Assembly (NCBI GenBank): GCA_964343575.1
Contig: CAYFJV010000002.1
Span: forward strand, 257,585-321,584
DNA length: 64,000 bases
Direction of reading: 5' to 3'
From: an uncultured Methanosarcinales archaeon
GTDB taxonomy: Archaea > Nanobdellota > Nanobdellia > Woesearchaeales > GW2011-AR9
Part shown: positions 9,418 to 18,446 of the stretch, piece by piece
Position numbering within the stretch: position 1 is the stretch's first letter
Layout: each line of letters opens with the position of its first letter
Position numbers and translations under genes: made by a program
Notes under the pieces: generated by a model
What the model was told of the DNA's origin: nothing
Seen by the model: the letters and a program-made list of their open reading frames with translations, nothing else
The model's database searches: none

Positions 9418-9767
9418 CCTGATATCCCTACTAAAATTACTCCTAACATAATCAGGGTAATTCCTAACCATTTTTGTTTGTTCATCTTCTCTCCTAAGAA
9501 TACCATGGAGAGAAAAATTGTCCAAATGTAACTGAGTGAGACTACTGGGTAGAGCACTGATAACTCTCCATAACGTAGAGCGTAGACGAAAAAGAGTGAG
9601 GAGAGAAAATAAAGTATTGCTCCACTGTAAAAGAAAGGGTTTGTAGCTAGACTGAAGATGTTTCTTTTTAATTTTTGGCTTGCAAACTTGAGACAAAGGG
9701 CCCCGCTTGCTCCAAGAATGGTTCCAATTGTGACTATTCCAATTCCTAGTAGAAGTTCTTGATTCAT
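9414..9767 (-). CDS. Small DMT/EamA transporter subunit (ArnE/ArnF-like)
   Basis: Four TM; ALRYGELSVLYPVVSLSYIW, FLGEKM; ATGA overlap at 9764-9767. Confidence 0.8.
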   Translation of the reverse strand: MNQELLLGIGIVTIGTILGASGALCLKFASQKLKRNIFSLATNPFFYSGAILYFLSSLFFVYALRYGELSVLYPVVSLSYIWTIFLSMVFLGEKMNKQKWLGITLIMLGVILVGISG

Positions 9768-11296
9768 TTTTCTGCACCTCTCCCAATGAGAACGATTCCA
9801 GTAATTATGGCAATCACTGCCAAGAGCTTGAGTTCTGTTATCTGCTCTCCTAGGAAGAGAGCAGAGAGAAGAGCGACCCACACAAAGGAAAGTGAGACAA
9901 AGGGAAAAAGAACGGAAAGTTCTCCATACTTGAGAGCTATGATAAGAAGAATCGCCCCAATACCATAAAAGGTCAGTCCTAAGATAAAAGGAATGTTAAG
10001 GAGAATTCCCTCAATACTAAAAGCAAAATTATTTGCTCCCATTTTGTAGAAGAGTTGCCCCACAGATGTGAAAAGTGTGCAAACAACCATCAATGTAATT
10101 CCTAAATGTAAATTTTTCATTCTTTCACTCGTTTTAAGAGCTGTTTCTCTGCTCTCTTTGTCCTTCTTTTCTTTTGCAACCTTTTTTAGAGTAGCTACGA
10201 TCTTTTTGCATTCTTTAGTCTTTCGATAGAGTGCAAAGGTAAGTATTGTCTCTTGGGCTTTTCTTGCCTTTTTGAATTTTTTGTCAAATGAGTGAAAGGA
10301 AAACATTTCTCCGATATGTAGGCCTTCTTTAAGTAGTGATATCTTGAGTTGTTCTTTTTCTTCTTGGTCTCTTGTTTTTATGATAAAATAAAGCCAGGAA
10401 GCTTTCCCATGCATTTCTTCTTCAAAATTGTAGAGTCCCTTGAGCTCTCTTTGCAAGTATTTTGCATTTCTCTCCCGTCTTCTTCGTATTCTCTCATAGC
10501 GAAGCGCTTGTTGATACAGGATGCTCTTGGCGGCTTTTGGAAAAGAAAAGGAGAGAGCATCGTTGCTTGGTTTTTTAAGTTGCCTTTTGAGCAGTTGGTA
10601 GGTGATGGGGTAGATTGCTTTGTGGAAAAGGAAAGGGCTGAGTAGAAGTTCAGTTTTTTTCTTCCACCAAAGAAGTCTTGGGTAGGGTTTTTGTCCTTTT
10701 TTCTTTCTTATTTTTTGTGTTTCTTCTGTCTCTAAAGGAATGTTGCTAAGTACTAAGCCCCCTGCCGCACTGATATTTTTGCTAATCCCAAAAGAGTACA
10801 CTGCCATGTCTCCAAAAGAACCAACTGGTTTTTCTTTGTAACTTGCTCCAAAGGCCTGAGCACAATCTTCTATGAGTAGGACTTTGTTTTTTTTACAAAG
10901 TGTTGTGATTTTTTCTATATCTGGAAGGAAGCCAAAATTATAACTTAGAATAAGCACATCTATTGTTTTGATAATTTTTTTTATATCTTCTACTTCTGCA
11001 ACTATGTCACTTTCGTAAAAAATTACTTCTGCCCCTGCCCTTTTTGCTGCACTAGGGACCACATGGCAAGTGTAGGCTGGAACCCCTACCCTTAGCTTTT
11101 CTTTTTTTAGGCGGTTCTTGCTGGCTTGCAAGGAAATTTTTATCCCTTCTCTGGCAGAGCCCATCCAAAAAACTTCTTTTTTTCTTGGAAGGTAAGAAAA
11201 GAACTTTTCTTTGCCTTTTTTTTTGTTCTTTTTGAGGAGATCTTTATAACGGAAAGTAGGTGATTGTTGACTAATAAGCATAGGTTGCTCTTTCAT
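9764..11296 (-). CDS. DegT/DnrJ-family PLP aminotransferase fused in frame to a C-terminal DMT/EamA domain
   Basis: LIEDCAQAFG, VGSFGD..YSFGISK; after a charged linker, MKNLHLG.. (ATG 10120) with ALKYGELSVLFPFVSLSF. Confidence 0.8.
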   Translation of the reverse strand: MKEQPMLISQQSPTFRYKDLLKKNKKKGKEKFFSYLPRKKEVFWMGSAREGIKISLQASKNRLKKEKLRVGVPAYTCHVVPSAAKRAGAEVIFYESDIVAEVEDIKKIIKTIDVLILSYNFGFLPDIEKITTLCKKNKVLLIEDCAQAFGASYKEKPVGSFGDMAVYSFGISKNISAAGGLVLSNIPLETEETQKIRKKKGQKPYPRLLWWKKKTELLLSPFLFHKAIYPITYQLLKRQLKKPSNDALSFSFPKAAKSILYQQALRYERIRRRRERNAKYLQRELKGLYNFEEEMHGKASWLYFIIKTRDQEEKEQLKISLLKEGLHIGEMFSFHSFDKKFKKARKAQETILTFALYRKTKECKKIVATLKKVAKEKKDKESRETALKTSERMKNLHLGITLMVVCTLFTSVGQLFYKMGANNFAFSIEGILLNIPFILGLTFYGIGAILLIIALKYGELSVLFPFVSLSFVWVALLSALFLGEQITELKLLAVIAIITGIVLIGRGAEK

Positions 11297-11334
11297 AAAG
11301 CTATTTAAATAAGTTATTAAAAAGTGTTATTCTG

Positions 11335-12501
11335 ATGAAAATCTGTTATATTAATCCGACAAATGCCCTGCGGCGCCCCATTGCCGAGCTTTCCAAGCAA
11401 CTTGCAGCGCAGGGGCACCAAGTTACTGTTATGTATCCTTCTAGCAAAGCCTGTCCTGTGAAAAATTGGGTTCCCAACGCAGCATTAGAATCTGGGACTA
11501 TTAAACTTCGTAAAATCCCTTCTTATTATCTTGAATCCTTGCGCTACTCTTTTCCTAACTTGCGCTTGCTTTGGAAAAACACTAAAGAGATTTTCAGAGA
11601 AAATGATCGTGTGCATATTTGGGAGTATTATTACCCGATCTCTGTTCTTCCTTTGTTGTATGCTTTGACTAGTAAGAAAAGGCGGCGTAAACTGATCTTA
11701 ACTTCAGATGGTTTTGTAGGTTATTCTTATACTCCCAAAGATCCTTGGTGGCTTGTTCCTGCTTTTAGAATGTACACTCAATCTTTTGCTCGCTTTTTGT
11801 TTAAGATCCCTCCAAAAATGACTACTTATGGTCGAGCTCTACTTCCGGCTGCTAAAAAGGCAGGAGTTCCTTTAGGAAAATTGCAGATTCTTTCTACTGG
11901 GATACACCTTGATCGGTTTAAGGGAGTGAGTAAGAAGGAATTGGCTGCTCTTCGTAAGGAGTTTTCTTTGCAAAAAGGCAAAGATGAACAGGTTATTTTG
12001 TTTGTTGGCATGCTTACTGAGCGCAAGGGCGTTAAGACTGTTGTTAAAGTTGGAGCTGATTTGCTTCGCTCTGGAAAAAAGGTAAAAGTACTTATTGTTG
12101 GGGATGCGCATGGTGAGAATGTTTATGAGAAGTATGTTGCTCCAGAGTTTAAAGATAAAATCATTTTTACTGGAGGTCGAAAAGATATCCCTGCTTTGAT
12201 GAAGGTCTCTGATGTGCTTTTACTCCCTTCGGAAGGAGAAGGTCTTCCGGGAGTTGTTATGGAAGCTATGTGTTCTGAGCTTGCTTGTGTTGCTACTGAT
12301 GAAGGTTGCACTCGAGATTTACTCTTGGATAATGAAGCTGGGGTTTTGGTTCCTTTGGGAAGTTCTCCTGCTGTGTATCGTAGAGCAGTTGAGAAGGTGC
12401 TTGATAATCCTAAGAAGTATGGCAGGCGTGGGAAGGAATTGATTAAGCATTTTTCTTGGGATGTTATGCTTAAACGTTATAAGAAACTGTATGGGCTTTG
12501 A
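11335..12501 (+). CDS. GT4 glycosyltransferase
   Basis: LFVGMLTERKG, LLPSEGEGLPGVVMEAM (EX7E). Confidence 0.9.
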   Translation: MKICYINPTNALRRPIAELSKQLAAQGHQVTVMYPSSKACPVKNWVPNAALESGTIKLRKIPSYYLESLRYSFPNLRLLWKNTKEIFRENDRVHIWEYYYPISVLPLLYALTSKKRRRKLILTSDGFVGYSYTPKDPWWLVPAFRMYTQSFARFLFKIPPKMTTYGRALLPAAKKAGVPLGKLQILSTGIHLDRFKGVSKKELAALRKEFSLQKGKDEQVILFVGMLTERKGVKTVVKVGADLLRSGKKVKVLIVGDAHGENVYEKYVAPEFKDKIIFTGGRKDIPALMKVSDVLLLPSEGEGLPGVVMEAMCSELACVATDEGCTRDLLLDNEAGVLVPLGSSPAVYRRAVEKVLDNPKKYGRRGKELIKHFSWDVMLKRYKKLYGL

Positions 12502-12579
12502 GTTTTTTTCGATTTAATATGTTCTGGTTTAGTATAGGGTTTAACAAGCTTTATAAACGATTTTTTGGCCTAGTTTTTT

Positions 12580-14775
12580 ATGGGAATTGTGGTTTCTGCG
12601 AAGGGTGATTCTGACCTTCTCAAGCAGTTTAAGGAAGGAGATTTTTCTTCTTATGAACTTCATATGAAGCCATTTCTTGAGAGAAGTTTTTCAACAGAAT
12701 TTGAGCCTTATCTTGGACTTCCAAAGCACATTAAGGTTGTTTCCTTGCACAACCCAACAAGGGTCTTTGTAAATGGAAAGCTTCACCCGTTTGACCTTTC
12801 TGCCCCTGGGAAGATTGGGGAAGTCTCCTTACACGCCTTACAGAAAAGCGTATTACTTGCAGAAAAGCTTAGCGCAAAGATTATTGTGATCCATGGTGCA
12901 ACTTGGAATCCTTACCAAGAAAGTCGTGGAGAGGCCTTAAAACGTCTTTGTGTGAGGGTAAAGAACTTGAAGGCCTTTATTGTGAAGAGAGCTTTGGATA
13001 TTGTCCTTAGTTTTGAGACAGATGCTCTCTGGCATAATCTTTATTATTCTCGAAGGGCCTTGCTCACTTCAAAACAGGATTTCTTAGACTTGGAAAGGAT
13101 GTTTGGTACAAAGATATGTATCACTCCCGATTTTGAACATTTGAGCCTCAGTTTTCATTTTAAGCAGTTTGTTGCTTCTGTTGGTGGAGAAGAGAAGTTT
13201 TTGTCTTTTTATCCGGAGCAAGGACAAAAGAAATTTGAGAAAGATTATGTCTCTTTTACCAAAAGAAACTTTGCCCACTTACAAGAGAAATTCAAGGAAG
13301 AACTCTCTGATTTTTTTGAAACTCATGCAAACAGGATAAACCATTTGCATATTAATGGCTCCGATTGCTGTAACTTTGTTTTTGATCCTGAAAAAACATT
13401 GCCTCTTATTGGAGAACACCTCCCTATTGGTTTTTCTCAAGGAGCGGTTTCTGATAAATTAGATTATCGGTTTATCTCTCAGCTTTTGGAAAAATCTCTT
13501 TGTTTGGGATCATCTGAGGAGGTCCATCTGGTTATGGAAGTTTGGCCAAGAAATATTGAAGATTTTTATTCTTGCTCTTTGGAGTCCAGAGATCGACTTC
13601 TCTCCTCATTTAGAGAGAGTTCTGGTTGCTTTGGTTCAAAGAAAAATTCGTTAGTACACGGAGGAATTACAATGAATACTCAATTAAGAAAGAAAGTAAA
13701 GATAGGTAAATTTGAAATTAAGGATTTTGGAAGGCCATTTACTATCGCCGAGATTGGATCGAATCATAATGGAAGTATTGAGTTAGGAAAAAAAATGATC
13801 GATGCTGCAGTTGCTGCAGGGGCAGACGCTGCAAAATTTCAAGCATTTGACATCCACCTTTTCTCTTCTGTCTGTTACGAAGATGACCAAAGAAGAGAGG
13901 AGACCATTACTTCTCATTCTGCTCTTCGAAAACATCTTACTGAAACACACAAAAATACTCTCAAAGAAGAGATGGAGCAACATGTGGCTTCGAAAGAGAT
14001 GCTCAGAGCGTTTAAAGAGTATTGTGATGAAGTGGGAATTCTTTTCTTTTGTACTCCTTTGAATAAAGGTGTTACTGATTTTTTAGTTGATGATCTGGGT
14101 ATGGAATTTATTAAAGTGGCTTCTATGGATCTTAATAACCTTCCTTTCTTAGAATACCTTGCTAAAAAAGGAAAACCAATTATTTTATCTACTGGTATGG
14201 GTACTTTTCAAGAGGTTGTTGAGGCAGTGAACACTATCGCTGCAACTGGAAATGAAGATCTGGTGATTCTCCACTGCATCTCTTTGTATCCTCCGAAAGA
14301 TGAAGACATTCACTTGAACAATATGGACCTTCTTCGTTCAACCTTCCCTTATCCAATTGGTTTCTCTGACCACAGTTTTGGTACAGCAATTCCTCTTGCG
14401 GCGGTTGCTAAAGGAGCATGTGTTATTGAGAAACATTTTACTTTAGATAAAACTCTTCCTGGATGGGATCACAAAATTTCTGCTGATCCAGAAGAAATGA
14501 AAGTTATAGTTGAACATGGACAGAAAATTCAGAAGGCTCTTGGAAGCTATAATCGGATTGTTACTCAGGAAGAGAAAGATAAAAAAGCCCTATTTGGGAG
14601 AAGTGTGGTGTTGGTAAGGGATATGCAAGCGGGGGAAAAGGTCACCGAGCAAGATATTGATTATAGAAGACCTGGCACGGGATTAGAACCAAAGTATGGC
14701 CCTTTGCTTATTGGAAGAACTCTTAGACGAGAGCTTAAAGCAGATGATCTTGTCTCTTGGGAACATTTTCATTAA
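12580..14775 (+). CDS. neuB: Xylose-isomerase-like TIM-barrel domain fused to an N-acetylneuraminate-synthase-family enzyme (NeuB + SAF)
   Basis: C-half IAEIGSNHNG, KVASMDLNN, ILSTGM, LHCISLYP, GFSDHS, IEKHFTLD, WDHKIS, RPGTG; N-half VIHG, DFEH, HLHING. Confidence 0.85.
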   Translation: MGIVVSAKGDSDLLKQFKEGDFSSYELHMKPFLERSFSTEFEPYLGLPKHIKVVSLHNPTRVFVNGKLHPFDLSAPGKIGEVSLHALQKSVLLAEKLSAKIIVIHGATWNPYQESRGEALKRLCVRVKNLKAFIVKRALDIVLSFETDALWHNLYYSRRALLTSKQDFLDLERMFGTKICITPDFEHLSLSFHFKQFVASVGGEEKFLSFYPEQGQKKFEKDYVSFTKRNFAHLQEKFKEELSDFFETHANRINHLHINGSDCCNFVFDPEKTLPLIGEHLPIGFSQGAVSDKLDYRFISQLLEKSLCLGSSEEVHLVMEVWPRNIEDFYSCSLESRDRLLSSFRESSGCFGSKKNSLVHGGITMNTQLRKKVKIGKFEIKDFGRPFTIAEIGSNHNGSIELGKKMIDAAVAAGADAAKFQAFDIHLFSSVCYEDDQRREETITSHSALRKHLTETHKNTLKEEMEQHVASKEMLRAFKEYCDEVGILFFCTPLNKGVTDFLVDDLGMEFIKVASMDLNNLPFLEYLAKKGKPIILSTGMGTFQEVVEAVNTIAATGNEDLVILHCISLYPPKDEDIHLNNMDLLRSTFPYPIGFSDHSFGTAIPLAAVAKGACVIEKHFTLDKTLPGWDHKISADPEEMKVIVEHGQKIQKALGSYNRIVTQEEKDKKALFGRSVVLVRDMQAGEKVTEQDIDYRRPGTGLEPKYGPLLIGRTLRRELKADDLVSWEHFH

Positions 14776-15932
14776 TTTTTTGTTTTTTCTCTTTTGCTAT
14801 TTTTTCTTATCTTTTCGTACTCTTCAAGGAGTTCTTTTGCAATTGTATCATGGGTAAACTGCAGTGCGTGTTCTTTCCCTTGTTTGATGAGTTTTTCTCT
14901 GAGTTCTTTGTTTTTGAGAGCTTTTAGAATTTGTTTTGCAAAAAAATCTGTTGTCTTTTCTGTATCATTTGTGATCGGAAACTGAAGTGCATGCCCCCCA
15001 GATGCTTCTTGCAGAGCCCCTTTGTCTGAGATAACTAGTGGGAGTTCACAGAGCTGTCCTTCGATAACTACATTGCCAAAGCCTTCATCTCTGGAAGGGA
15101 CCATAAGTGCTTGAGAACCGTAAAATAACCTCCACTTCTCCTCTCCTCGTTTAACTCCAAGAAAATGCACATTCTCTTTAAGTTTGAGCTCCTCTACAAG
15201 TTCTTTGAGCATTTTGAGATATTCTCTCTCTGCTTTTCCTACAATGTTGAGCTTGATGTTTGGAATCTCTTTTTTTACCTTTGAGAGGGCCTTGAGTAGA
15301 AGATCGATCCCTTTTTGATGAGTGATTCTTCCAATAAACATAATGGTATTTTCTTCTTTTTCTACGGAGATCTCTTTTTTTGTTGGAGGAGTCTCAATAT
15401 AGTTGTAGATAACTTTTTTCTTGTCTTTTGGGATAACTTTGAAGCCGGCTTTGTTTTTTACATAGTCTGAGATGAAGAAGACTCGATCAAAGAAAGGAAG
15501 TGTTATTTGCATTCCTAATAGGTAGAACCTTCCTAGATTTTTTTTGACAAAATTGCCTTCCACGAAGGTGTTGTGAAAAGTAAGGCATGTTGGAATTTTG
15601 TGCAGCTTTCCGTAGAGTAAGCTTAGTTCAGGAATAAAAGAAGCATAATGGTGGCTGTGGATGATGTCTGGCTTTAGTTGTTTGAGCTCTTTGAAAAATC
15701 CTTTGAGCACTCTGCTCGTATTGTTAACTTGAAAATGGTTGGGAATTTCAATTACCCTTACTCCATTCCAGAGAAATTCTTCTTTTTTTCCACTTTCTCC
15801 GCCGCAGAGAAGGATTACCTCGTGTCCTGCTTTTGCTAGGGAGCTTAAGCCCCACTTGTTGGCAAAGCATTTTTTGCTTGGATCTTGGCGATCAATGTAC
15901 ATGTTGTTGATGTAGGTATGGACTATTTTCAT
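14772..15932 (-). CDS. GT4 glycosyltransferase
   Basis: FIGRITHQKG, PSRDEGFGNVVIEG. Confidence 0.9.
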   Translation of the reverse strand: MKIVHTYINNMYIDRQDPSKKCFANKWGLSSLAKAGHEVILLCGGESGKKEEFLWNGVRVIEIPNHFQVNNTSRVLKGFFKELKQLKPDIIHSHHYASFIPELSLLYGKLHKIPTCLTFHNTFVEGNFVKKNLGRFYLLGMQITLPFFDRVFFISDYVKNKAGFKVIPKDKKKVIYNYIETPPTKKEISVEKEENTIMFIGRITHQKGIDLLLKALSKVKKEIPNIKLNIVGKAEREYLKMLKELVEELKLKENVHFLGVKRGEEKWRLFYGSQALMVPSRDEGFGNVVIEGQLCELPLVISDKGALQEASGGHALQFPITNDTEKTTDFFAKQILKALKNKELREKLIKQGKEHALQFTHDTIAKELLEEYEKIRKNSKREKTKN

Positions 15933-16020
15933 ACTCTCTTCTTTTACCTCCTTTCCAGGGAGGAGGGTTAGTTTTCACAAGTTTTTTTAAGCAATAAAAC
16001 GTTTTTAAGCGTTGTGATCT

Positions 16021-17562
16021 ATGGATAAGGAAAAGACAAGGCAGTTGGCTAAAGGGGCAGGAATCATCTTTTCTGGGATTTTTATAACCTACATTATAAA
16101 GTTCATTTACCGTATCATTGCCTCTCGTTATCTTGGTGCGGAAGGCTATGGCCTTCTTTCTTTTGGTGAGATGGTGATGGGCCTTGGTTATATGTTTGCC
16201 CTTATCGGATTGGATGTTGGTTTGATGCATCATCTTGCTTTTTATCGTGAGAAAAAAGATCTTTCTCGTTTACGTGGATCTTTTCTGGGAACACTCTTCA
16301 TTTCTACAACTTTGAGCGTGTTGATAATTGCTCTTCTGATTTTCTTTTCAGAGTTCATAGCAGTTAAACTCTTCAAGAATCCCGAGTTTGTCCCTGTACT
16401 AATCGTTTTCTCGATAGCCATAATTTTCTCTGTCTTTGGAAGAATTATCAGTCAAACCTTGCTTTCTTTTAAAAGACAGGTTTATGATGTTTTTGTGAAA
16501 GTCTTTGCTCGCGATTTTCTCTTTCTTCTTCTTACTGTTGGAGTAGTTTTTCTTGGTGGAGAAGTGTTTCATGTGGCTTTTGTTTACCTCGTCTCCCTTA
16601 TTTTCAGTGCTTTTGTTGGTTTTCTCCTTCTTGAGAAAAAAGTCTTTTCCTTTTTTAAGCCTGGCCAGAAAATTCTTTTTGAGTATAAGGAACGTGTTAG
16701 CTTTGCTTTTCCTTTGTTTCTTTCAGCAGTAATACTTAGTATCATGGGTTGGTTAGACACCTTAATGTTAGGAATCTTTAGATCGACAGCAGAAGTAGGA
16801 ATCTATAATGTTGCCTTGCCCCTAGCGGTAAGCTTGGGTATTTTTTTGTCTGCTTTTGCCCCAATTTTTTATCCCCTCATAGCAGAAATGATTGCTGCTG
16901 GGAGAAAAAATGAAGTTAGAAGGATCTACAGTCAGAAAATCCATTGGATGTTTATGTTTAGTGCGCCAATTTTTCTTTTACTTATTTTTTTCCCTGAAAC
17001 AATTATCAGATTTGTTTTTGGAGAGGAGTATGTTGCGGGAAGCCTTGCTCTTGTAATTCTCTCTTCTGCTTATTTTGTAAATGTCTCTGTTGGACTTACT
17101 TTCGAGACTTTAGTTTGTTTCAATAAGAGAAGACTTATCTTTTGGTTGAACGCTTTTGCTTTACTTTTGAATGTACTACTCAATCTGGTCCTTATTCCAA
17201 ACTATGGAATTACTGGAGCAGCAATTGCAACGGGAAGCACAATTGTCATACGGGAGCTGTTAAGTTTTTATGTTGTTAAGAAGACTATCAGATTAAAGTT
17301 ACTTTCAAACGCTTTAGCTTACCTCAAAATTTTGTTAGCTTTAGCATTTTCTTTCTCTATTACTTTGGGACTTTTTTCTCTTTTGCGAAGCTTTCTTTCT
17401 TCCTATTTTCTTGTTGCTTTTCTTCTTCTCTCTTTGGGCTCAAGCTACCTTCTCTTTTTGCTTCTTTTTGGGGCGGTTAATAAAGAAGATTATCTAGTTT
17501 TCAATGGTGTGGCCAAAAAACTTGGGTTCACTTTGACAAAGATAGAGAGGTTTTTCCAGTAA
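16021..17562 (+). CDS. Wzx/AglR-type oligosaccharide flippase
   Basis: SRYLGAEGYG, DTLMLG..STAEVGIYNVA, LNLVLIPNYGITGAAIAT; many TM segments. Confidence 0.88.
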   Translation: MDKEKTRQLAKGAGIIFSGIFITYIIKFIYRIIASRYLGAEGYGLLSFGEMVMGLGYMFALIGLDVGLMHHLAFYREKKDLSRLRGSFLGTLFISTTLSVLIIALLIFFSEFIAVKLFKNPEFVPVLIVFSIAIIFSVFGRIISQTLLSFKRQVYDVFVKVFARDFLFLLLTVGVVFLGGEVFHVAFVYLVSLIFSAFVGFLLLEKKVFSFFKPGQKILFEYKERVSFAFPLFLSAVILSIMGWLDTLMLGIFRSTAEVGIYNVALPLAVSLGIFLSAFAPIFYPLIAEMIAAGRKNEVRRIYSQKIHWMFMFSAPIFLLLIFFPETIIRFVFGEEYVAGSLALVILSSAYFVNVSVGLTFETLVCFNKRRLIFWLNAFALLLNVLLNLVLIPNYGITGAAIATGSTIVIRELLSFYVVKKTIRLKLLSNALAYLKILLALAFSFSITLGLFSLLRSFLSSYFLVAFLLLSLGSSYLLFLLLFGAVNKEDYLVFNGVAKKLGFTLTKIERFFQ

Positions 17563-17616
17563 TCTTGCAATAATTTTTTTATACTTTTTTGTAAGGAATT
17601 TGTGAAGTAGCTAGTC

Positions 17617-17630
17617 CATAAGATTTAAAA
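17617..17630 (+). promoter_or_regulatory. BRE-TATA promoter (CATAAGATTTAAAA)
   Basis: Identical copy at 20117-20130; about 24 nt before the GTG start. Confidence 0.65.
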
Positions 17631-17654
17631 ACTATTACTTGGCTTGTTCTTGCA

Positions 17655-18437
17655 GTGAAAATCTTAAAAAAGAAGATTAATGGTCGTAACATTGTTTGGG
17701 TGGCTCTTATAAGGACTTGGAAGCAGTTTCTTTCTGTAGATCTAGTACGTTATCTTGTGGCTTATCCTCGTTATTTTGTCCTTGCTAAGATTTTAGGAAG
17801 AATGAAAACGTTTAAGGGAGATGCAAATGATGCACACCCAGACACGATAGAATACAATAAAAGAGCGGTGAGTGGGGTTGCAGTAGTGCGTTCTAATCAG
17901 CTGATTAAACCTCTTTCAATAATTGATCCAATTTACAATAACTTAGAAGACCTTAAGGTACTCTCTTTAGGCCCTCGAGCTGAAGGAGAAATTCTTAATC
18001 TTGTTGCTCATGGTTTTTCTCTTAAAAACATTCGGGGACTAGACCTTTTTTCTTATTCTCCTTGGATTGATGTAGGAGATATGCATAAGATGCCTTACAA
18101 AGATAGTTCTTTTGATGTTATTGTTAACGGTTGGTGCATAAGTTATAGTCATAACCCTAAAAAAGCAGCAGAGGAGATGCTTCGGGTTGCTAAAGATGGA
18201 GCTATTTTTGCAATTGGGATTAGTTATCACACCCCAGAACAAATAAACAAAGTCTATTCTCGACTTAAGAAAGAACATGGTGAAGAGTTTGGGAGTCTTA
18301 AACATATGCAATCAGTGCAAGAATTGATTGGATTGTTTGAGGATTCGGTTGGAGAAGTTTTCTTAAGGCAAGATCTCAATGAACATGGTAAAAAAAAGGG
18401 GCAAAATTTTTTGACCATCTTTCAAATAAAAAAATAA
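17655..18437 (+). CDS. Class I SAM-dependent methyltransferase
   Basis: VLSLGPR, GLDLFS, VGDMHKMPYKDSSFDVI, EMLRVAKDG. Confidence 0.8.
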   Translation: MKILKKKINGRNIVWVALIRTWKQFLSVDLVRYLVAYPRYFVLAKILGRMKTFKGDANDAHPDTIEYNKRAVSGVAVVRSNQLIKPLSIIDPIYNNLEDLKVLSLGPRAEGEILNLVAHGFSLKNIRGLDLFSYSPWIDVGDMHKMPYKDSSFDVIVNGWCISYSHNPKKAAEEMLRVAKDGAIFAIGISYHTPEQINKVYSRLKKEHGEEFGSLKHMQSVQELIGLFEDSVGEVFLRQDLNEHGKKKGQNFLTIFQIKK

Positions 18438-18446
18438 GGGGCGAGA

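Noticed and set aside
9418..9786. 123-aa N-terminal extension of the FemAB ORF overlapping the DMT gene in another frame
   Set aside because: The extension looks non-protein-like, and the ATGA overlap at 9414-9417 marks the natural start.
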